The notes beneath the pieces were generated by a model, which did no database searches, was not told the DNA's origin, and saw only the letters and a program-made list of their open reading frames with translations. The translations under genes were made by a program, and so were the position numbers. From Macrostomum lignano (lineage: Eukaryota): DNA of 64,000 bases. The stretch is from contig NIVC01002218.1 of assembly GCA_002269645.1 (NCBI GenBank), positions 1 to 64,000 of the forward strand, read 5' to 3'. Positions 49,101-57,800 of the stretch are shown in pieces (positions within the stretch are counted from its first letter, which is position 1; each line of letters begins with the position of its first letter).

Positions 49101-52100
49101 CACGGCGGTGCAGTGGAATGCATTGAAGGTCTACCAGCGCTCACCAGTCAGGATGGAGGGTTCAGCATCGAAGCGGAAGGTCCGAGAGCCGTTAAGAAGC
49201 GCCTGTCGCATCGCAGTCCAGTCTATGCAGGAGTCCTTGGTGTTGGTGAGGCTCTTGTAGCCAGTGTAGCGCAGGTACTCCCCGCTGCTCACCTGGTCCT
49301 CGCTATTTAATGCCAAACAGTCAAACCCGGGCGAGATCGCTGGTGAAAGATTAACAAAAAAAATGAAATTTAATTTTAGTCGAAATACAACGTATTCTTT
49401 GCGATACAGTCTACTACAGTGCGATACAGTCTACTACAGTGCGATACAGTCTACTACAGTGCGATACAGTCTACTACAGTGTGATTTAGTCTACTACAGT
49501 GCGATAGTCTACTACAGTGGGATACAGTCTACTACAGTGCGATACAGTCTACTACAGTGTGATACAGTCTACTACAGTGTGATACAGTCTACTACAGTGT
49601 GATGTAGTCTACTACAGTGCGATACAGTCTATTACAGTGTGATGTAGTCTACTACAGTGTGATACAGTCTACTACAGTGCGATACAGTCTACTACAGTGC
49701 GATACAGTCTACTACAGTGCGATACAGTCTACTACAGTGCGATACAGTCTACTACAGTGTGATACAGTCTACTACAGTGTGATACAGTCTACTACAGTGC
49801 GATACAGTCTACTACAGTGCGATACAGTCTACTACAGTGCGATGTAGTCTACTACAGTGTGATACAACCTACTACAGTAGCTAGTAAAGGCTTACGACAG
49901 AACGGTACGTTGCAGTAGGTGGCTGACAGCTGTCCGCTGTTGCCTCTATAGAAGCAGTAAGGGCCTTCGTTGAAACTGTCGATTGAAGCTCGGAAAGGAA
50001 TGAACAGCGGGTTGGAACCTGCCCGAATCGGGTTGGAGGCTTTGGTGTGCTTTTGGCTCAATAACTCACCCATGAACTCACTCATGAACTCACTCATGAA
50101 CTCACCCATGAACTCACTCATGAACTCACTCATGAACTCACCCATGAACTCACTCATGAACTCACTCATGAACTCACCCATGAACTCATTAAAGAACTCA
50201 CTCATGAACTCACCCATGAACTCATTAAAGAACTCATGAACATTCACTCTCTTCCATTCACCCAACATACTGATCAGCCCACTCGCATTAAACCGCCAAA
50301 TCGCACCTGAGCTCCGAACTTGATAGACAATCGCGGCAGCGTCTCCGCCGCAGGCTTCGGCGATATTTCCCCGGCACTTCCGGTTGCAAGCGAAGTCACT
50401 AAGGGACAGCGCGGTGACATTGCTGACCTCTTCACCGCAGAGGCACTGGTCACCGTGCAGAGCCATGTAGGTGTAATTGGCCACGTAGCAGCACTCCGCG
50501 CAGCGCTCGTGATTCATCCAACCGTATGGATCTTGCAGGCACAGGTGCGGAAAGTCCGCTGCACTCGCATTTTTATCCAGACAGCCAACGTACAGGTGCA
50601 TCTGGTCTGGAATATGGTGACTCATTCTCTGGTGCACAAGCTTTAATTTCTCTACCCCCAATGAGTGTACATTGGTGACTCATTCTCCAGCGCACAAGCC
50701 TCAATTTCTCTACCCCAAAAAGTGTACATTGGTGACTCATTCTTTAGGGCACAAGCCTTAATTTCTCTACCCCCAATGAGTGTACATTGGTGACTCATTC
50801 TCCAGCGCACAAGCCTCAATTTCTCTACCCCAAAAAGTGTACATTGGTGACTCATTCTTTAGGGCACAAGCCTCAATTTCTCTACCCCCAATGAGTGTAC
50901 ATTGGTGACTCATTCTCCAGCGCAGAAGCCTCAATTTCTCTACCCCCAAAAAGTGTACATTGGTGACTCATTCTTTAGGGCACAGCTAGCCTTAATTTCT
51001 CTACTCCCAATGAGTGTACATTGGTGACTCATTCTCCAGCGCACAAACCTCAATTTCTCTATCCCCAATGAGTGTACATTGATGACAAATGCTTTCCTAG
51101 CCTGCACCCTCGCAAAAACATGCAATCCTAAAACATAGGCTATTAATCGCAATCTCAGTTATTTTAACAGGCTGAAAAAGGCTCACTCACGAGTGGAATT
51201 ATCTTGAAAACTCTTCAGTGGCAAACCGCGGGGCTGCCTGCACCTGCTGTCGTCCTCGGAGTAGCCAATGGCCAAGATTTGAGCTGCCAGCGGCACCCCA
51301 GCGGCCTGAAGCTCCCTGGCCGCAGAATTCCAGCCGATGCAGTTAGCGGTGGACAAGTAGGGAGCAATTTTTGGCAGATTATTCATGTCGGACACTGGTT
51401 CCCTGACCTGGGCGGTGCCGAACAGATGTACGATGGACAAGTTTCCTATGTACTCTTCTCCGCCAAGTGTTGTACGGCAGGTGCTGACAGGGGCTAAAAT
51501 AACCGCAAGTGAAAATAACTAAGTAATACTAGAATGTTGCTACTACCGCGTGTCTAAGAAGTACATAGTGGGATCCTGGGCAATATACTGTGGTTTATTT
51601 TTTGTTCCTACTTGACACAATTTAATCACATTTTATGAAATGATTGTTGCCTTATTATTTGTCTATCCTCTATCTGTCTTATATGCATGCACAAAGGGCT
51701 TTAGCACCAGGGGCGCCAGCACCAGGGGCGCCAGCACCAGGGGCGCCAGCACCAGGGGCGCCAGCACCAGGGGCGCCAGCACCAGGGGCGCCAGCACCAG
51801 GGGCGCCAGCACCAGGGGCGCCAGCACCAGGGGCGCCAGCACCATGGCCAAAAGCATCACAGAATCGCAGTTTCCTCACTGTTCTTTCCATAGTGCAAGG
51901 ACTGCGAGATGTTGCTCTCAACTGCCGAGATCACGTGCAGCAGCCCCTGGGCAGCCGGTCCATACTGGGCAGCGCTAGTCGTGCCGGATTCTGGGCTCCA
52001 ATGGATGTCGAATTTCAGCTGCTTCTTGCAGTCGGTGTCGCAGGTCAGGGCCCTGGTCAGCTCTTTGATGTTCACCTGGAATGTTGTAAAATATGGCGCT

Positions 52101-52536
52101 ACGCCTGCAGCAATGGCGCCAGCCAGAAGGGGCACCAGCAAGAACTTCAGTTACTGTAAACTACGGGCGTACCGGTGCACACGTACAGTTGAAATACATC
52201 AGTGCATAAATTGTCATAGCAACCTCGATCCTCAGAGCGCCTCACCTGCGGACTTGCCCGACTCATAGTAACCAAATCGGTCGGGCAAAAGTACACGTCG
52301 GGAAACTCGAACGGCAACGAAGTGCTCAGACTAGTTCTCAGAGGCACCGCGGCGAACTGCTGGCCGAGGCTGTACATGTGGAAAGTGAAGCCGCCGTAGG
52401 TGCCCAGCAGGAAGCAGATCCACAGGCCGCGGCCGATGGCGCCAGTCTGGGCCCCGAAGCGGCCGAGCCCGTGCGCGGTAGTGTAACCGCAGAACTGCCG
52501 CATCAGCGACTCGTCATCTTCTTCTTTGGTTGCCAT
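43198..52536 (-). CDS. DEG/ENaC (ASIC/FaNaC-superfamily) channel subunit with an inserted kringle-WSC-kringle extracellular module; 13 exons, ~1064 aa
   Basis: Exons in transcript order: 52536-52246, 52075-51880, 51493-51191, 50606-50271, 50018-49896, 49339-49145, 48733-48592, 48226-48132, 47600-47236, 46928-46723, 46618-46523, 45868-45255, 43430-43198. All are GT-AG; phases 0,1,1,1,1,1,2,1,0,2,2,1 give one ORF of 3195 nt. Channel motifs: FCGYTTAHG (HG), TM1 LWICFLL..., FPDVYFC, CTFGEHLC..DF...HPEFGVCHRFN, FPW.....SPG, CGCLP, TM2 LMANLGGALGLWSGISVLTVCELIEL. Exact splice sites around 50271/50018 have in-phase alternatives. Confidence 0.88.
43525..45080. repeat. Intronic 52-bp minisatellite (ctgccactctgtgtttttctacccccctcagcccatagccccactccactcc)
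   Basis: About 30 copies filling the last channel intron. Confidence 0.95.
45960..46500. repeat. Intronic 21-bp minisatellite (ttctacaggtaattggtatca)
   Basis: Channel intron 11. Confidence 0.95.
46965..47215. repeat. Intronic 20-22-bp repeat (gtgctgatattgtctaacag)
   Basis: Channel intron 9. Confidence 0.88.
47615..47930. repeat. Intronic degenerate repeat (gtgtccgagactggg-like)
   Basis: Channel intron 8. Confidence 0.8.
48350..48550. repeat. 44-bp tandem repeat (gcattgtccagtccatagaatactgtgtactgcatagggtcctt)
   Basis: About 4 copies; a related copy at ~47945-48010 lies on the other side of exon 48132-48226. Confidence 0.85.
48750..49025. repeat. Intronic 29-bp minisatellite (gacagtcacgggatgacagctgtgtgtca)
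   Basis: About 9 copies. Confidence 0.95.
49400..49865. repeat. Intronic 20-bp minisatellite (gatacagtctactacagtgc)
   Basis: About 23 copies. Confidence 0.95.
50060..50240. repeat. 12-bp tandem repeat (catgaactcact/cacc)
   Basis: Lies in the presumed intron between the WSC exon and the kringle C-terminal exon; the frame stays open. Confidence 0.9.
50271..50606 (-). other. WSC domain exon of the channel
   Basis: YVGCLD...MNHERCAECC..ANYTYMALHGDQCLCG...ACNRKCRGNIAEACGG....VY matches the WSC consensus YxGC...MTxExC..C...Y.Y.G...ECxCG...C...CxG...xCGG...VY. Confidence 0.88.
50640..51080. repeat. Intronic ~57/58-bp repeat with alternating A/B units (~115-bp higher-order dimer)
   Basis: Units alternate aatgagtgtac...ctccagcgc and aaaaagtgtac...ctttagggc. 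Confidence 0.88.
51705..51845. repeat. Perfect 15-bp tandem repeat (gcaccaggggcgcca) x9
   Basis: Channel intron 2. Confidence 0.95.
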
Positions 52537-53068
52537 GGAAACCAGATTCGATAATATATTAATTATTATTTTTTTAAACTGTTTTAATAGGGTTTTAAGA
52601 GGGTTTGACTTTTTATGGAATTAATTTAACGGCGAGGGTAGCCATTAATGATAGTTAAATCCTTGGGAATCCTTGGGATTGGGAAGGCTGCTGATTGGCC
52701 AGTGTTTGTATCTAATTAATCTGACCAGCATGAATTTTACTGACGCGCAATCAATTTTAGTAGAACTCTTTAGTCTCTTGAGTTAAATTTGCTCAATTAA
52801 TTATAATTAAAACAATATTATAGACGCCCGCTAACCTGTGAGTTAATTAAAAAAGCTTCACATATCCCATAATGCTTTGAATGGTTTGATTCCATAATAA
52901 TTATGAATAATTTATTACATGTATACCCTGCCCTAATGGGCACAGGTGCAACCGACAGCTCAGCCGCATCTGAAGGCTGCGTACGGCTGTTCAGTTACTC
53001 ATCAATTACCCCAGCTAATGCTGGCACCCATTTTACAGCTGGGAACTGAAGCAATTCAGAGCTAAAGT

Positions 53069-53389
53069 CAAGGACCACTGTAGTATATAACAGGACGTAA
53101 AACTAAAATTCCTGGGAAAAATACACTGCGGAGATAGAAAAAATATTATTTCATCCCACAATCAAAGATTGCATTTGATCTGAGGCAGTGAAGATTATTA
53201 TTCTTTTAATTTATATGTAACATGCACAGCATGTCACTCTGTTATGTTCTCTATAGTTGTGATGAAAAAAAGGAATTCTTCCTTTCTCCCTGGGGCATTC
53301 TTTCTAAGAAATTGGCCTCCAAAAATACACGATCTTTGAGTTTTACGGCCTGTTATACGAAATATACGACTACTATACAGTGGTCCTTA
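53069..53389. mobile_element. MITE with CAAGGACCACTGTA-type TIR (CAAGGAC family)
   Basis: caaggaccactgtagta ... tactatacagtggtcctta. Internal sequence is shared with the arms of 62324-63390. No clean TSD seen. Confidence 0.7.
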
Positions 53390-54821
53390 AGGTCCTTAAT
53401 CCTCAAGCTTAGTGGCTTGCTCAAAACCTGCAATTTGTTCTGTGTGGGTTAAGAATCGAACCCCCGACCTTTCTAATCGCTATCGCTGTGTATAAAATAG
53501 TGTAGGCAAATTCGGTATTCGCGGGTGGATTCTCTATTGGTGTGAATTGTGATTCAGGTGGAATTTGCGTTTTTTAGGTTGCAGCTGTGCACACGACCGG
53601 GTGCACTTTGGCGACTGGCTGACTGTATAAATTTAGACTTAAGGCCTCCCTTCCCCTTTCCTTGTCGTTTGTCTTCCCCGTACTTGTGTTTTGATTGACT
53701 GCGGCTCTCCTCGCTCTCGCACTACTCGCTGTTTTTGCGTGTGGCATTAGTTTGAATTCTATGTAAAAAGTGACTGAATTAGTCACAATCGGGTGTGCGC
53801 AACAGAGAACGATCAAGTTTTGTGAACATGTGAAGATCGATCGCGTCAAATTTGGTCTGGCTGTCACTATAAAATTTACTGAAACAAGTAGTATGCGAAG
53901 CTTACATTGTGCATCAACCTGCAACTAGCATGGGTACGGAACCAACCGCGGGTAATCATAGGCCGGTGGATTCTGTAATACACTGTATGTCTACAGATTA
54001 TAGATTACATGTTCATACTGTACACATGTTTTTGTTGAGCCATCATGTACATGCATGTAATGCGGGCTAGGCGGATTCTGTGTATTTGGGTGCTATTGTG
54101 GCGGATCCCGCTTCGGGCGGGTTACGCTTACGGCGGATATAAACGATATTGATCAGGGGGGACTACATACACTGCATGTTACAATTGCAGATATAGCAAT
54201 CACGGGACTCGTAGGAGACTATAAATCATGAAATTTAGAACTATTTTGGATCCAGTAGTAACTTAGTAAGTACTTTACTGGAACAGGTAGCTTTAAAACC
54301 TAAGTACACACAATTGTATGCACGAGTGTTAATTCTAAATAATTAAAATTTGAAATGAAAAAATGCATTTATGCATTTAAAATTTTAGCGAGTTATATTT
54401 AGGAATTTACGATTGATTTTAAAACAAATGATGTCAAAAAGTTTCACACGTTTTACTTAAAAAACCCTTGATTGTTTTTAGAGCATACAAATTGTAAAAG
54501 TTTTTTATGAATACAAAGAAAATTACTTTTAACTAAGAGCTGGTGTACGCTGACTGTATCTTAGGAATATTTCCAATTTAATAAGCCCACTCACAATTTG
54601 CTAAGCACAAATTTCTTAGAAAGACGTAAACACCCTTTCCTGTCCGTTTGGTAGTCAGCTGATCTTCTTCCTTGTTAGTTTAAAAAAAGTTTCCTGTTTA
54701 GAAACCTAAAGCTGTTTTTTGCAATATTTCGTTGTTTTTCTGTATGTTTTCTAGAATTCAAGTAGCTTGCTGAGTTACTAGGTAGTTTTATTCAATTTAC
54801 TTTGTGTGCTTTCACTTCAGA

Positions 54822-57800
54822 ATGGCAAGTAGTGCAAACAGCAAGGAATTTATTGTTAATCAAAAATATCGTCTTATTAAGAAAATTGGAAGTGGTTCAT
54901 TTGGAGAAATCTACCTCGGTGTAAACCAAACAAATGGAGAGGTATGGATGTTTTTATTTGAATTTACTGTTTAAATATTGTTGACAATGTTGTGATAAAA
55001 TTTAACTTTAATGTTTTTTATTAGTTTTCAGCTTAGTTTTGAAGTTTGTACATTATTATTAGCCTAACCTCTATTGCTTCCAAACTTAAGATCATATTAA
55101 GTAATGGGCTTTTAACAGTCCAAATTTAACTATAGTGCATGCTAGAAGTTTAAAGAAGAATAACATCTTATTCTTATTTTGGCTCCAGGATGGAATTCTT
55201 GCTTGGGGGTAGGAAAACGCACACGCATGTTTTTGGAGCAGCACGCAAGTGTGCACACCAGCTGTAAAAAATTCATAAAGCAGATCATGGCAGGCCCATG
55301 CACTAAAAATGAAATTTCTAGTTTTTCAATTCTTATGCCAACGTAAACTAGAAAGTTGTACTTTAAGTGTAAAGTAGCTTGATCACTATAATTTTTACAG
55401 AAAATATTCTTTAAAAATTATAAGAGTTTCACTAAACTTTAAAGTAACTATTTTTGCTAAAAACTATTCTTCTTTGTTTTACTTTTGTTTAAAATTTTCT
55501 GGCATAAAAACAACCTTCTAGACTAGGCCTATAAAAAGTAGGAGAACTTGAGCGCGCATATACTACATGGCATATAACCATGTTGAATGCATATAAAAGT
55601 CAAATCCTATTTGTGATTCTGCGGCAAACAGCTTCTTTGCAAGCGCATATGATGGAGTAAGCATACACCTTTAAGAGCGCGCAAGTAGGCTCCTTTTCAG
55701 TGCGCAAGCGGGCACAAATTTGACAAGCGCGCACAAATGCGTAACAACTTTTGTGCAAGAATTCCATCCTGGTTTTGGCTCCTAGCTAGGCCTAAATATT
55801 TGAATACATGCTAGTATATACATACATACATATATGAAAAATTCCTCATTGGCTTTTGTTTTTTGTATTTTTTCATTTTAATAAAAATAAATTAATAGCT
55901 TTATTAGGCTTTCTAGTTTTGTAGGCAGTAGGCTTAGTCTTAGCCTTCCTATTATTTTTTTTAATTTAGAAACAACTGGAAGTTGGAAGCCTATACTCTA
56001 TATTCTCAAAGGCGCATATATAAGGTGGCCACACCAAGGTAGCTACAACCTATAGGTATAGCTCTAAATTGGCTTATACAAAGAGAGATAGCTTTTAACT
56101 TTTTTTAAATTACTATTGTAGCTCTAGGTGCAACCCATTTTGGCAAAGGAATTTTTAGCAAAAATGCTACACTCAGGAAGGTGTACATTATGGTGGAAAA
56201 TTCCGGCAGACATCAACGAAAAATATGTGCAAAGTGGCGCACACGGTGAACAACAAAGGCTTAGCAGAAGTTTTTAGCGCACAGTGGTACATAGCAAAAC
56301 CTAATCAGAAAAATTTAGCTCACAATGAGTCACCTAAATGTATAATCTGCATATGCAGTGCATAAAATAAGCTTTAAGATTACGTTTTTTCCAAGCATAT
56401 CAATAAAAAATTGTTGTTTCTTGGTAAGTGAAATGAATAATAAAATTCAAAATGGGATTTTCCCGTAAAGTTAAAGCTATTTCTTTTGAGAATTTTCTAC
56501 GTGAGCTAAAAAAAGCAAAAGTTTTGAGTTAAAAAAAGCCTACATAAGGTACGAAAATTTATCCGTTTTTTTAGTTTTGTTTTAATTGGATTTTTACTGA
56601 GTTTTTAGTGCTACAGCGCATTAGTTAGCTATGTATTTGTCAATAAACGAATGTACACCTCGGTGCACAAATTCATATTTTAGCTTCGCGCACAGCGCAC
56701 ACTCCAAAAATATGCTGAAATATTATGTTGAGTAGTCAAGAAATGTTAAGCAAGTAATCTGCACATTTTTATGCAGCATTTTTTATAGTCATACTGTCAT
56801 AATGTCATTTTATATAAAGATATATATGAATATATTGTATCATAAATAATTTATATTATTTTTAAATGTTTTTATTACTTTATTTGAAATTAAATAATAA
56901 ATAATAATCAAAATAAATGAATAATATTAAAGTAATAAAAATATACTAATAAATTTTTGCTTATATGTGTCATTCCATGAGAGTTCTATGAAACAAAGGC
57001 TGCAGCACTAAGTTGTCTAGCTAAGTTGTAATTGCCAAATATGACATCCATATTTCTAGGAGTGTCTAGCTGTAGTTGCAGCTGGTTAGCTAGCCAAATT
57101 CTTGTATAAGGATCTGAAGAAATTCTTAGATGGAATAAAAAAATAGTGATAATATTTCCAGTTAGTGTTCCATTTAGTTATTTTTTGTATAATAATACCA
57201 AGATGTGCACAACAATACAACTGATACAATTGTTAAAAAAAGGAAAATGCCTTGTTGAAATTTCATTGCCATATTGATATTTCATATATTGAAGGGCATT
57301 TTTACCCTATATATATTATCTATATAAACACCCATAAAAATACTCAACTTTTCAACTTGACCTGAGTAAAATTTCTTGACAGTCAAGTAGTTGAAAAAAG
57401 AGTAAATTACTCAACATGTAGAATACTCAGTTGAGTACTTGTTTGGCCTCTAGCAACAAGGTCCTAAACCTAGGTAGTCTAATACTATATGCCCATAGTC
57501 TATAATATAAGGCAGCTTTTATGCTAAAATTTTGCCTCTTACTAAGGATCTTAATATAGCAAAAATGGCCAAGTTCAGGTTTGGCATATATGGTATAGCC
57601 TAATTGTGATTAAAGAAAACTTTTTAAAATAAAAATTCATACATGCGCAACCTTGGGAATCACTTGGCCATTTCTTTTGGCAACACACACATGTAAGTCG
57701 CTATTGGCTGAGAGCAGTCACGTGACTACTATTCCATCCAATAGCAACTTACATGTGTGTGTTGTCAATAGAAATGGCTGGGTGAATCCTTAGGTTATGC

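Larger units (their letters stand above)
48132..49339 (-). other. Kringle-like domain 2 of the channel (three exons)
   Basis: Six Cys in kringle order: DC...GEYLRYTGYKSLTNTKDSCIDW...NNFCR...KPVC...SSCSIDAC, with long loop insertions. Confidence 0.65.
49896..51493 (-). other. Kringle-like domain 1 of the channel, interrupted by the WSC exon
   Basis: STCRTTLGGEEYIGNLS...NCIGW...SRCRQPRG [WSC] ...EGPYCFY...ATYCNVPFC: the six-Cys kringle pattern C..G..Y.G..C..W..CRNP..PWCY..YC.VP.C. Confidence 0.72.

Noticed and set aside
16141-52159. Dozens of long repetitive ORFs (e.g. 24310-24963, 33445-34227, 37230-38264, 39061-39984, 41415-42774, 43579-45046, 45968-46636, 51644-52159)
   Set aside because: All are translations of tandem DNA repeats lying in introns or intergenic DNA. 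The flanking genes splice around them in frame.
52990-53490. ctggcacccattttacagctgggaactgaagcaa...gcttgctcaa...gaatcgaacccccgacc, resembling L2/CR1 or SINE 3'-tail motifs and a reversed tRNA B-box
   Set aside because: Probably a decayed retro-element fragment split by the 53069 MITE. No cloverleaf and no clear boundaries, so it is not called as a tRNA or element.
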